Virus record (IMG/VR): IMGVR_UViG_3300033072_001097
Coordinates: 1-64,000 of that record
Reading direction: 5' to 3' (one strand)
Source: a virus
Lineage: Duplodnaviria; Caudoviricetes
DNA: 64,000 nucleotides
The translations under genes were made by a program, and so were the position numbers. Below the pieces are notes generated by a model, which had not been told where the DNA came from, made no database searches, and saw only the letters and a program-made list of their open reading frames with translations. This document shows, piece by piece, positions 48,174-57,754 of the stretch; position 1 is the stretch's first letter; each line of letters starts with the position of its first letter.

Positions 48174-49973
48174 GTGGTAGACCAATCAGTTGTGGGGGCA
48201 CCCATTGTCGATACAGCTCAATGGCTGAAAGATCTACGTCAGGGCTTTTGGCGTGGTCAGTCTTTTGCGCATATTGACGAAACATTGCAGAAATTGTTGT
48301 TTGCGAAATTCTTCGCAGAAGATCGTGGTCTACAATTCACTGCTGATAATTATATAAATATTTATGATGATGCTCGCGAAGATTATCACTCCATGACGAG
48401 CGTAGACATGGGTGGCTTACCTGAGTCTATGGTAGCCGAGCCATATAATTATCTAAACACAATTGAAATGATCGGGCAGGCACAAGTTTCTGCCGACCCC
48501 GGCATTTGGCATATCATTAATAATCTATGGACTGAACGTAGTCTACGCAAAGAGGATGGCCAATATTTTACCCCATATGCTATCAAGCGGTTTATGTGCG
48601 AGATATACCCTCCAACCGTAGACACCAAAATTTGTGATCCATGCGGTGGGAGTGGTGGATTTGTCATCATGGCGGCAGATATGCTGCCGCAGATTGAACC
48701 AGATAAATTTTACTATTACGATGCCGACGGCGAAAAAATCGTCAGAGTAGCCAAACGAGCATTCGTGACTTATAAACATCATACCACATTACAGAATCTT
48801 ATTGGTATAAATATTGCTGTCCATAATTCACTGGACGACGTATGGCACTGCAAAATGGATCGGATTTATACCAATGTTCCTTTTGGACATAAAGTAACTG
48901 CGGCCACCAGGAGTAAAAACGGGCAACGTCTGTTGTTGGGTTATGATGTTGGTAGAGAGAAATCCAGTGAATTATCACAATTATTGTTTATCGAGAAGTG
49001 TATCAATCAATTGGAAGACGGCGGTCTATTCGCCACTGTAGTTGATAAAGGTATTGTTACTAATCATAAATATACCCGCGAACGAGCGATATTGGCTAAG
49101 AAAGCTGCTTTGGAATTAGTTGTAGAATTACCAGCGGCTGCTTTTGAACATTTTGCTGGGACCACATTTCCAACATTCTTGTTGTTCTTTCGGAAAGGTG
49201 TACCCACTTTCACCAGATATGAGAAGGTACAAAATATTGGATATTCTGCAACCAGTTATAATATTGTCGATGAGAATGCCGGTCCTTTCGACTCTAGTCT
49301 AGAAGACGTGAATTATAACAATTGTGATTTATCCACGATCGTGCAGCGTTGGCGGTCTAAACAATGGCCGAACCATCCGGATAGCGATCATGATTTCCCA
49401 TACTCTACTACAGAATCTGGGAATTGGTTATGGGGGTATTGGAAATATGAGAGTGTTCAATCTCAACGATTGCGAGATGTAGCTCAATTGGTTACGGCTA
49501 AGTGGAGTGGTGAAAACGACCGCAATCCTACTGTTGATCGCAAATATCGATATGTCAAAGAAACGCATTTAAAGCCGAAAGCGAAATCCAAGACTAGAGC
49601 ACTTAAAGCCAATTGTTTATTGATGAGTCGGTTATTGTCTGGGAAGCAAACGCCCGCTTGTGGTGTAATTCCCGAAAAATATCACGATGCCGGATGTACA
49701 AATGAGAATTATATTATCAAAGCCGATGATACACATTGGTTGGTAACGATTTGGTATCTGATAAACTTTGACAATTATTGTCATGAATATCTATGGTCGC
49801 ACTGCCGTGGCCAGGGACGTGCCCGTATTATGGTGGATGATTTGCTGGCTATGCCTATTCGTGAGTTGACTACCGAGGAGATGAGTCGGGCAAAAGATTT
49901 GATCGATAGTTTGAATAACAAAATGTGGATAGACGAAATTATAGAACAGAAATTTCATTGTATTAATAAATAA
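48174..49973 (+). CDS. N6-adenine DNA methyltransferase (HsdM-like) fused to a TRD-like C-terminus
   Basis: GQYFTP, DPCGGSGGF, TNVPFG; C-terminal RLRDVA...RGQGRARI..DDLLAMPI. Confidence 0.8.
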   Translation: MVDQSVVGAPIVDTAQWLKDLRQGFWRGQSFAHIDETLQKLLFAKFFAEDRGLQFTADNYINIYDDAREDYHSMTSVDMGGLPESMVAEPYNYLNTIEMIGQAQVSADPGIWHIINNLWTERSLRKEDGQYFTPYAIKRFMCEIYPPTVDTKICDPCGGSGGFVIMAADMLPQIEPDKFYYYDADGEKIVRVAKRAFVTYKHHTTLQNLIGINIAVHNSLDDVWHCKMDRIYTNVPFGHKVTAATRSKNGQRLLLGYDVGREKSSELSQLLFIEKCINQLEDGGLFATVVDKGIVTNHKYTRERAILAKKAALELVVELPAAAFEHFAGTTFPTFLLFFRKGVPTFTRYEKVQNIGYSATSYNIVDENAGPFDSSLEDVNYNNCDLSTIVQRWRSKQWPNHPDSDHDFPYSTTESGNWLWGYWKYESVQSQRLRDVAQLVTAKWSGENDRNPTVDRKYRYVKETHLKPKAKSKTRALKANCLLMSRLLSGKQTPACGVIPEKYHDAGCTNENYIIKADDTHWLVTIWYLINFDNYCHEYLWSHCRGQGRARIMVDDLLAMPIRELTTEEMSRAKDLIDSLNNKMWIDEIIEQKFHCINK

Positions 49974-50065
49974 TCATTTCTAATTTTCCATGTATTTCAT
50001 AATACGAACTTACTATTTGATTCTTGTGTCTAAGATACGGTTAATCTAACAAATCGGAGGATATC

Positions 50066-50812
50066 ATGCCTAAGTTATGTCAAATCACTGCTCTACTGAC
50101 TGGCAAGAAGACTGCCGCTGTCAAGGCTCTCACTGACATTTACCATCGGTTCCAAAAGCCAGTGTTGTTCTATGGTCTCACCAAGCGATATCAGCCGTTG
50201 GATGAAGAGGGCGAGACTTTCCCGGACGAGCGGCAAAACGTTCAGCAGACTGCCCAAGGTTGCTTGGCGGAAATTAGGGAAGTATTGGTGAATGTGTTGG
50301 ATTTGGTGGCGACTCAAGACAAGACCAATGCCGTCGCGAAAGCCGATGTGAAGGTCGATGGGCGTGCTATTTTAACGGAGGTGCCGGTGACGCATCTTCT
50401 GTTCTTGGAGAAACAATTGACCGATTTGCATACGGCTTTAAGTGCGCTTCCGATTCTGGAGCCGCAAGAGACGTGGGTCTATGACGCGAACGTGGCTTGC
50501 TACAAGTCCGAACCGACTGAAACCAACAAGACTAAGAAGATTCCTCGAACACATGTGAAGTACGAGGCAACTGAGCAACACCCGGCTCAAACTGAAATGT
50601 ACCACGAAGACGTGGTGATTGGCCGATGGAAGGTTATCAAGTTCAGTGCAGCACTTCCTTGGCAAGAAAAGCGGGAATTGTTGGCTCGTCTTGAAAAATT
50701 ACGAGATAGCGTGAAGATAGCCCGCGAAGAGGCTAATTCGATTGAAGCGGTGCTAGTAAATACTTTTGGAGATGCGATTTTCGACTACATCTTGTCTCCT
50801 GGGACACGATAG
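50066..50812 (+). CDS. Conserved uncharacterised helical protein directly upstream of the ncRNA
   Basis: YQPLDEEGE, KADVKVDG, VPVTHLLFLEKQL, TKKIPR.HVKYEATEQHPAQ, KFSAALP, AREEAN; GGAGG RBS. Confidence 0.85.
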   Translation: MPKLCQITALLTGKKTAAVKALTDIYHRFQKPVLFYGLTKRYQPLDEEGETFPDERQNVQQTAQGCLAEIREVLVNVLDLVATQDKTNAVAKADVKVDGRAILTEVPVTHLLFLEKQLTDLHTALSALPILEPQETWVYDANVACYKSEPTETNKTKKIPRTHVKYEATEQHPAQTEMYHEDVVIGRWKVIKFSAALPWQEKRELLARLEKLRDSVKIAREEANSIEAVLVNTFGDAIFDYILSPGTR

Positions 50813-50821
50813 TTAACAAAA

Positions 50822-51200
50822 GAGTGCAAGCTTAATCTTAATTTCAAGCTTAAATAGGAAAAAGTGCAGGTTCGACTCCTGCCCCCGCCACTTTCAATTA
50901 TGGCGGGGTAGCCCAAGTGGCAGAGGCAACCCTAAATGAGACTTAGGCTATCACTCCAAGTTGACAACCTGGATGGTCAGTCGTCCAATCAAGGGCCAAG
51001 TTCAATAACCACGTAAATGCCAGTGCAATTCCGGCCCCCGCCTCTTGTGGGCAGAACTTATAAGGCGGGGTGGTCTAAAAGAACGACGATGTGGCGATAA
51101 ACTAAAGCTTGGCTTAAACGGAAATAGTGGACGACTGGTGATTATCACTAGTCCAACCGCCCCGGCCTTATGTGATAAAAAGGTCGGGGCACTTTTATTT
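50822..51200 (+). ncRNA. Structured RNA with two circularly permuted tRNA-like modules (YrlA-like topology)
   Basis: Module 1: T arm 50866-50882, closed acceptor stem 50883-50908, D arm 50911-50927. Module 2: 51019-51087. Enclosing stems and a terminator. Confidence 0.75.
51159..51200 (+). terminator. Intrinsic terminator
   Basis: GCCCCGGCCTT/AAGGTCGGGGC stem followed by ACTTTTATTT. Confidence 0.75.
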
Positions 51201-51232
51201 CAGAATATATTATAGCGAAGAAAATTAGCAGA

Positions 51233-51475
51233 TTATAATCGAATAGCCCCGGAACGTCGTTCCAACCCCAAATATTGCCTATGCCGTTGTTTCTTAGGAA
51301 TCCCGGTAGGCATTAGGGTAGCACCGGCTGTACTAGCACTGGCATCATGACCAGTACTTGGGGTATAGTTGAAGGTGGTTTGCAGATTCGGTCGCATGAA
51401 GTATGGACCGTTGGATGCTAGGGCGGTCCTGAGCTGCTGCATCATCAGATTTTCGCTGATTTGTCGCAGTTTCAT
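51233..51475 (-). CDS. Small basic hypothetical protein
   Basis: MKLRQISE; ATGA overlap. Confidence 0.55.
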   Translation of the reverse strand: MKLRQISENLMMQQLRTALASNGPYFMRPNLQTTFNYTPSTGHDASASTAGATLMPTGIPKKQRHRQYLGLERRSGAIRL

Positions 51476-52032
51476 ACTTGTCGGTTTTTAGTGTTTTCGT
51501 CTTCGCTGGGGGTTCGGCTGGGGCTGGCATTGCCTTTATCCCATTCGACATTAGCTTCAGTCGGCCAGCCTTCGACTTCTTCTATTTTGAAGTCCAGAGG
51601 TTGTTCTGGCTGGCTCATCTCTTTAATTTCATCTAACTCTGGGTGGAAGCCGAAGTCTTTTTCCGACCACTCTTTCTGTTCTTCTTTGAGTTCTTGAATG
51701 ATGGTCGGTATCCAACCGGTGGCTTTTCCCCGCTCTTCCTTTGGTATTCCTTGAGCCACCATTTCTTTTTCCATGGCGGTCTTGAAGGACGGGTCATCCA
51801 GATATTTGTAACTGTGTACTTTGCGGAATGCTTGGCATATACCATCAGCATGCACTAGATCAGATGCTCGCAAAGCGAACATTTCATCGATTTGATTATG
51901 TAGATATTCGTAGCCACGTTCGGCTGATTGTTGAGTATCATCCTTATGGATGGACAATCCTAACATGGCGTCTTGCCCGAGCATGCTATTGATTGCCTCG
52001 AGCAGTAACTGTTCTTTTTTATCGAGTGGCAT
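51472..52032 (-). CDS. Hypothetical protein
   Basis: Start MPLDKKE with GGAGG RBS. Confidence 0.65.
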   Translation of the reverse strand: MPLDKKEQLLLEAINSMLGQDAMLGLSIHKDDTQQSAERGYEYLHNQIDEMFALRASDLVHADGICQAFRKVHSYKYLDDPSFKTAMEKEMVAQGIPKEERGKATGWIPTIIQELKEEQKEWSEKDFGFHPELDEIKEMSQPEQPLDFKIEEVEGWPTEANVEWDKGNASPSRTPSEDENTKNRQV

Positions 52033-52071
52033 AATAATCCTCCGATTATTTCTTAAATTAAATTTGAGCGA

Positions 52072-52353
52072 ATGGACAAACAAATTAAAATATCTCGGTT
52101 CGATCAAGTTCGATTATTATCTACTAAGAATATCAAGTATTTATCAGCACCACCTGGCACACAAATATCCCCGCAGGGCATTTGGTCGGTGGCTGCTGTC
52201 GTCGGCGAAGAATTGTTGTTGGTAAAGAATAATGTTGTTATCAAAACACCAATCTCGGATGTGTTAAGAATAGCTAGTTACGACATTTCACGTATACTAG
52301 GTCGGTTAGGGAGGTTATCACGTGGCAAAGAAACCGGAAAAAGTGAAAGCTGA
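52072..52353 (+). CDS. Hypothetical protein
   Basis: ORF overlapping the recA start. Confidence 0.55.
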   Translation: MDKQIKISRFDQVRLLSTKNIKYLSAPPGTQISPQGIWSVAAVVGEELLLVKNNVVIKTPISDVLRIASYDISRILGRLGRLSRGKETGKSES

Positions 52354-53434
52354 TGTACCAAATAATATCAAAGATCTGCTAGATTATATGGACACCAAAT
52401 TTGGGGCCGGTGCCGTCATTAAGGGTCGGCATGCCATTATTGACGTAGACGCCTTCCCTACTGGGATCATCACCATTGATAGAGCCTTCGGGTGTGGTGG
52501 AGTCCCACTCGGTAGAATAATGGAATTATATGGAGCAGAGAGCAGCGGTAAAACCACTACGACATTGCGATTCATAGCTGCTTGCCAAAAGCACTTTTTC
52601 ACCAAAAAAGATCGCTATGGAGTGGCGGCATTCGTAGATGCTGAGCATGCTCTTGACCCTGAGTGGGCGAGTAAAAATGGTGTCGATATGGAAGAATTAA
52701 TCATATCACAACCGGATAGCGGTGAAGATGCTTTGAATATTGTGGAAGCATTCCTCAGATCCAACCAAGTGGATTTGATCATCGTTGATTCGGTAGCCGC
52801 CCTTGTGCCGAAGGCTGAATTGGAGGGGGAAGTCGGCGATCATCATGTGGGTGCTCAGGCCAGAATGATGAGTCAAGGTTTGCGGAAACTGAAGGGGGTG
52901 GCTTCTCACGCCGGGGCGACGGTGGTTTTCATCAATCAGGTACGCGAGAAAGTTGGCGTCGTTTTTGGGAATCCAGAAGTGACTCCTGGTGGGCGTGCTC
53001 TGAAATATTACGCGACAGTCCGGGCAGAAGTATCGCGTACTGGCGTCATTAAGCACAATGATGATTCCATAGGCATCAACACCAAGATCAAAATGGTTAA
53101 GAACAAGGCTGCTGCACCTTTCGCGATTGGTGAATATGATATTTGTTTCGGTAAGTCTGCTCGTCCTGTTTTCGGTATTGATCCTATTTCTGCGATGACG
53201 ATAGTTGCCGAAGAACTTAAGATATTATCTAAGAAAGGTAGTTTTTATCGTTTCGGGGATGTGTCTCTCGGAAATGGTGCGACCAATGTCGCGAATTTTT
53301 TGCGAGAAAATCCTGAAATCTATAGTCAGATTGAGCAACAAACCTATAGTAGCGTTTTTCACTGTAATGCTGCGAGAGTCGAAGACGCTTCCAGGGGTGT
53401 CGACGATATATTAGAAGAATTGGACGAAGAATAA
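52322..53434 (+). CDS. recA: RecA recombinase
   Basis: GAESSGKTT, FVDAEHALDP, SQPDSGE, IVDSVAAL, ARMMSQ, FINQ, TPGGRALK. Confidence 0.97.
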   Translation: MAKKPEKVKADVPNNIKDLLDYMDTKFGAGAVIKGRHAIIDVDAFPTGIITIDRAFGCGGVPLGRIMELYGAESSGKTTTTLRFIAACQKHFFTKKDRYGVAAFVDAEHALDPEWASKNGVDMEELIISQPDSGEDALNIVEAFLRSNQVDLIIVDSVAALVPKAELEGEVGDHHVGAQARMMSQGLRKLKGVASHAGATVVFINQVREKVGVVFGNPEVTPGGRALKYYATVRAEVSRTGVIKHNDDSIGINTKIKMVKNKAAAPFAIGEYDICFGKSARPVFGIDPISAMTIVAEELKILSKKGSFYRFGDVSLGNGATNVANFLRENPEIYSQIEQQTYSSVFHCNAARVEDASRGVDDILEELDEE

Positions 53435-53761
53435 ATGAACGCTCCTAAATACGATATAGGTGCTGTTGTTTATCTCAAGGAATCCGCTGCGATGGGTTTC
53501 TTGGAGGCGGTAGTGATTAGCGGCATCACTCACAACGGCTCCAAGTGGATGTATACTATTAGGGCTGGACGTGCTCAACCGACTGGTGTCGCCTATTACG
53601 GTGACCGTATAACTGCTGTTCATGCCAAGACGCTGTATTTCACGGAAGACGAATTTGTCACACATTGTGATGCCTTAACGTTAGCAGAGGCTAATGCCCA
53701 ACGTGCATTAGAACGCATACAATTACAAAGAGCCGGTTTGTGTCCGGATACTACTGAATAA
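53435..53761 (+). CDS. Hypothetical protein
   Basis: ORF coupled between recA and the helicase. Confidence 0.6.
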   Translation: MNAPKYDIGAVVYLKESAAMGFLEAVVISGITHNGSKWMYTIRAGRAQPTGVAYYGDRITAVHAKTLYFTEDEFVTHCDALTLAEANAQRALERIQLQRAGLCPDTTE

Positions 53762-55098
53762 TGGCTACTGACACTCTTGCAAAACTTGCCGAAGACGATG
53801 ATCAACCACACCGCCCATTTGGCCCATATGAAGAAGAAGCGATAGTCTCTCTCGCTTTAGATCACCCAGAATTTTTCACCGGCGTTGGTCGGTTCATGAA
53901 ACCAACCATGTTCAACCGGTTGGAGTGCCAATGGGTGATGGCGGAAATTCTCAATAGCTATGAGAAATATGGGGTGGTTCCTACTCGCCCCATGCTCAAG
54001 GATCGCTTATATCACTCTTTTACAGAGGACGATCCTTATGAACCAGTCATTGCTTTGGTGGAACGCCCATCAAATCCGCGAGAAATCCCGCTGGTCAAGG
54101 ATACCATGCTCAGATGGGCTAAAGATCGAGCATATGGATTGATATATAGCGAGGAGGCACAAGAAGCATATACTCGTGGAGATTACGAACATCTTGAAGA
54201 TCTGGTCAAGCAGGCCAATCGTATCGCCGATGTGGGGCAGAAAGGCTTCTGGTTCTTCGAAAATTATGAAGTCCTTTTTGAACCAGACATTATGGAGCAT
54301 CGGACTACTGGTTTTGCTAAATTAGACAGGATGTTGAATAACGGTGGTCCATCGCCGAAAGAGGTGGTGTGTTGGCTAGCCGGGACGAATGTGGGTAAAT
54401 CGATCTTACTATGTAATAACGCTATTTCGTCGCTACAGGGCATTGGTCCGGATGGAACGCCTGGACAAAATGTTTTGTTGATTACCTTTGAACTAGACAC
54501 ACTTAAAACTGCTATGCGATGTCTGGGTACTGCTACTGACATCCCTATGAATAATATTGTCGAGCATCAAGATTTTGTACGCCGCATCATTAGCAAGATG
54601 CAGAAGACGTATAACAAGCGATTTGCTATCTATGAGTGGGCTCCCGAAGAATGCAGTGTGTCTGATATCTATGCATTATTGGATAATCTATATAGAGTCC
54701 ATTCGTTCAAGCCGGATGTGATTATTATTGATTATATGGATTTGATGATTAGTCGCAATAATGCGTATAATAAGGATGATTATATTCGACAAAAACATAT
54801 AGCTGCAGAGCTACGTGGTTTAGCAAAAAATGAAAATGTTCTTCTTTTTACAGCCACGCAGACGAACAGGTCTGGTTCTAGTGGAGAAGAACTGGCGGAT
54901 ATGAACAAGGTTGCAGAGAGCTTTGGTAAACAGTTCGCTCTGGATTATGTTATTAGTCTCAACCAAAGCAAATCACAACGTTGTGCTGAACCACCACGAA
55001 TCACGATGTATATAGCTAAGAACAGAAATGGTCCACGTGCAGAACGTGTTGAATGTACAATAAATTATAACACCATGGTGGTTCGGGAGGAGATATGA
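53761..55098 (+). CDS. Replicative helicase (DnaB/T4 gp41-like)
   Basis: AGTNVGKS, ITFE, IIIDYMDL, TATQTNR, VAESF, AKNRNG. Confidence 0.9.
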   Translation: MATDTLAKLAEDDDQPHRPFGPYEEEAIVSLALDHPEFFTGVGRFMKPTMFNRLECQWVMAEILNSYEKYGVVPTRPMLKDRLYHSFTEDDPYEPVIALVERPSNPREIPLVKDTMLRWAKDRAYGLIYSEEAQEAYTRGDYEHLEDLVKQANRIADVGQKGFWFFENYEVLFEPDIMEHRTTGFAKLDRMLNNGGPSPKEVVCWLAGTNVGKSILLCNNAISSLQGIGPDGTPGQNVLLITFELDTLKTAMRCLGTATDIPMNNIVEHQDFVRRIISKMQKTYNKRFAIYEWAPEECSVSDIYALLDNLYRVHSFKPDVIIIDYMDLMISRNNAYNKDDYIRQKHIAAELRGLAKNENVLLFTATQTNRSGSSGEELADMNKVAESFGKQFALDYVISLNQSKSQRCAEPPRITMYIAKNRNGPRAERVECTINYNTMVVREEI

Positions 55099-55301
55099 AA
55101 CTCCGCATTGTTATTGATGTCGAAGTATCTGATACGATCGCCGAAACAATGCAAAGGACAGGTTTTCTAATCGAGCCAGATGGTTCGGCCATGAAAATCA
55201 AAATCCCCAACACACCAACCATCCCAAAACGTAAAACCAAAGTCACATTTCTAAAAGACCATCAACCTAGTGCGGATGAAGCGATAACAGCAAGTAAATA
55301 G
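55095..55301 (+). CDS. Small hypothetical protein
   Basis: ATGA overlap; GGAG RBS. Confidence 0.5.
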   Translation: MKLRIVIDVEVSDTIAETMQRTGFLIEPDGSAMKIKIPNTPTIPKRKTKVTFLKDHQPSADEAITASK

Positions 55302-55333
55302 TCGCATCTCCCCATTTGTAGAAAAGGATAATC

Positions 55334-55768
55334 ATGGCTATACCCAAAACCGCCAAGTTGTCAGAAGCAGACAAGCAGATTGCTGAAATGAAGGCCCCTT
55401 CTGTGTTATTAGATGCAGGCAGTGAAGATACAGGGCCAGTACAAATCCGCGTCATTCAGTGTCTAAACGATTTTGTGGCTATTCTCCAAACCACTACCAA
55501 ATCGAACATTGCTATTCCAGACGCTTCTAAATACAAGAACGAAGGAATCGTGGTTGGTGTTGGCCCAGGTGTAAGTGATGGAGCAGGAGGACGGCTGCCA
55601 CTTTCTGTTGCTGTAGGCGATGTGGTATTATTCGGTGAGAAAAATATCATTGCCGTCTTAGAATCCGACAGTCCGCCTTATGTCGGCAAGCGTGTTATCA
55701 TCGTGTCAGAACGTAATATTATTTGCAAACTGCCGCGCAAAGTCGAGTTCGAATATGCCGAGGTATAA
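55334..55768 (+). CDS. groES: Co-chaperonin GroES-like
   Basis: IAIPD...EGIVVGVGPG...VAVGDVVLF...IVSERNII. Confidence 0.85.
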   Translation: MAIPKTAKLSEADKQIAEMKAPSVLLDAGSEDTGPVQIRVIQCLNDFVAILQTTTKSNIAIPDASKYKNEGIVVGVGPGVSDGAGGRLPLSVAVGDVVLFGEKNIIAVLESDSPPYVGKRVIIVSERNIICKLPRKVEFEYAEV

Positions 55769-56207
55769 TTATATCTGCAATAAGTGCGAGAAAAAGGCAC
55801 GCAAGCAGTTCGGCGATGATATTACGCAAGAGCAATTCGAACAACATGTGTTGTTCGAAACCTCGCATAGTATGGAGCCCACCCCCGACGAATTAGCAGA
55901 AGCCGCCAAATGTCCGCGTTGCAATAGTCACGATTGTGCTATAACTGTTTACGGATCGGACGTAGTCAGTTTCATCAAAGGCTACGGTTGGGCTGATAGA
56001 GATGGTGCACGCCGGGATATGAATATGTTCCATCTAACCGAAGACGACCCATATGCTAAATATCGGGTACCCGGCGAGGTAGATGATATGAAATCTAAGC
56101 TTAGACGGGCTGGCAGGCATGGGTCTGCACCTAAAAAACATTTTGTGCAAAATACCAAAGAAATACAAAAGGCCGTGGAGAAGGTTACACGTTCCAAGCC
56201 TGAATGA
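55755..56207 (+). CDS. FmdB-type Zn-ribbon protein
   Basis: MPRYNYICNKC...CPRC...FIKGYGW. Confidence 0.75.
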   Translation: MPRYNYICNKCEKKARKQFGDDITQEQFEQHVLFETSHSMEPTPDELAEAAKCPRCNSHDCAITVYGSDVVSFIKGYGWADRDGARRDMNMFHLTEDDPYAKYRVPGEVDDMKSKLRRAGRHGSAPKKHFVQNTKEIQKAVEKVTRSKPE

Positions 56208-56262
56208 ATTCACTCGCGTCCCTGTCATGTTTCAGTGTATTAGGCGGGCCGAGGCATGATAG

Positions 56263-57585
56263 ATGCGAGCGATATATCTCTACACATTATTGGATAAGAG
56301 GACGCACAAACCGTCTTGTGTTGGTATACAAATAGGTTCCGAAATAGTAATTAAAGAATTATATCGCCCAGGTGCTGGCAAACTTTTGGCTGATATTTTA
56401 GGATCTATCAAATACGTCCAAGATATTATTATTAGAGCCAATGATCGCAATATTCCGATTGTAACATCTGATTTCAAGGCTCAACTCAAAGCTCTTGATT
56501 TGCCGCTCTTACAGCAACCATATTCCGTATATGACTTGCATTTTCCTGTCTTCGATTCTACGGGCTTTGCCGATAGAGATGAGATGATATTGCGGCGGAT
56601 TTTAGAGAAGATGACCAAACAGACACCGCGTGAGTACCAAAAGATTCTTGCGAATGCCGCTGTCGTATATGAAGATCTGGAACGAACCGGCTTGGTGTTC
56701 AATTATCAGCATGTGGAGCCGATTTATTCACAACATACCTATTCTGGCCGTAGTAAAACGACCAAATTCAACATACAAGGGTTAGCTGATCAGGTGTATA
56801 TATGGCCAGCAAGTTGTAAAGATAGTTATATTTTATTACATTTCGATTGGATCTGTGCGGATATTCGAGCTGCCGCTTTGTTATCCGGTGATCAAAAACT
56901 GACAGACACATTTACGTCATCAGATCCATATACGCAGATGATGCACGAAATAAATGCTAATGCTTCTTCCACGATGACTCGAGAAGAATGCAAGCGATTT
57001 TTGTTGAAATCTATTAATTCTATGGACTGCCAAAGTGAACCGTTGACTGATATTTATCCTAAGCTTGGTCGGTGGATTCGTGGTTGTCGCAAAACGCTGA
57101 ATGATGGTGGGTTTTTGGAGACAGTTCTTGGTCGAAAATTCAGGCCAATGCAAGCCAAGAATAATTTGGCGGCACTTAATGGTGCAATGCAAGGATCTGT
57201 TGCACATGCCATGCAATTAGTAATCCGAAAAATTTGGGAAAAATTGGGTGCCAAGCTCGTTACTGAAATTCATGATTCTTTGGTTGTGTCGTGTGCTCCT
57301 AATCCGATACACGTAGATTATGTGATAAATACCGTTGCTGAAATCATGCTACGACCATTTACAGGCGTTTTAGATGATGATCCTGTATTTCCTGTTAACG
57401 TAAGCATGGGGCGTAAATGGAAGAAATGGAAATTGTGTCGTACGTATAGAGAAAGCGGAGTTACTCGTTGTGTCCAAAAACTCACCGAAGAAGACTGCAC
57501 GACGCAGAAAGCGGGAATTGAAGAAGCAACGGAAGGTGCAAATATCCCGGATCAAGGAAATATTGAAGACGCGACAGCAAGTTGA
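56263..57585 (+). CDS. Divergent family-A DNA polymerase domain
   Basis: SGR, motif A HFDWICADIR, altered motif B REECKRFLL, NGAMQGSVA, motif C EIHDSL. Confidence 0.75.
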   Translation: MRAIYLYTLLDKRTHKPSCVGIQIGSEIVIKELYRPGAGKLLADILGSIKYVQDIIIRANDRNIPIVTSDFKAQLKALDLPLLQQPYSVYDLHFPVFDSTGFADRDEMILRRILEKMTKQTPREYQKILANAAVVYEDLERTGLVFNYQHVEPIYSQHTYSGRSKTTKFNIQGLADQVYIWPASCKDSYILLHFDWICADIRAAALLSGDQKLTDTFTSSDPYTQMMHEINANASSTMTREECKRFLLKSINSMDCQSEPLTDIYPKLGRWIRGCRKTLNDGGFLETVLGRKFRPMQAKNNLAALNGAMQGSVAHAMQLVIRKIWEKLGAKLVTEIHDSLVVSCAPNPIHVDYVINTVAEIMLRPFTGVLDDDPVFPVNVSMGRKWKKWKLCRTYRESGVTRCVQKLTEEDCTTQKAGIEEATEGANIPDQGNIEDATAS

Positions 57586-57754
57586 TAAAGCAATAACTTC
57601 GCAACGCCTGGAAAAGTCGTTCGACACAAAGTCGTGGACGATGTTACGGCCATCAGATAATATCATGTTAGAAAAAGCAAATGATAGTGTATTAAATAAA
57701 AGTCGAGAATTCGATCCGAGCAAATGGCGACCAGTAAATGAACAAAATACCTGA
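57470..57754 (+). CDS. Small basic hypothetical protein
   Basis: ORF overlapping both neighbours. Confidence 0.45.
   Translation: MSKNSPKKTARRRKRELKKQRKVQISRIKEILKTRQQVDKAITSQRLEKSFDTKSWTMLRPSDNIMLEKANDSVLNKSREFDPSKWRPVNEQNT

Noticed and set aside
50866-50930. Canonical tRNA gene or two-piece tmRNA
   Set aside because: The T arm precedes the D arm, and there is no anticodon loop or encoded CCA end. The acceptor lacks the G3-U70 pair of tmRNA, and I saw no tag ORF.
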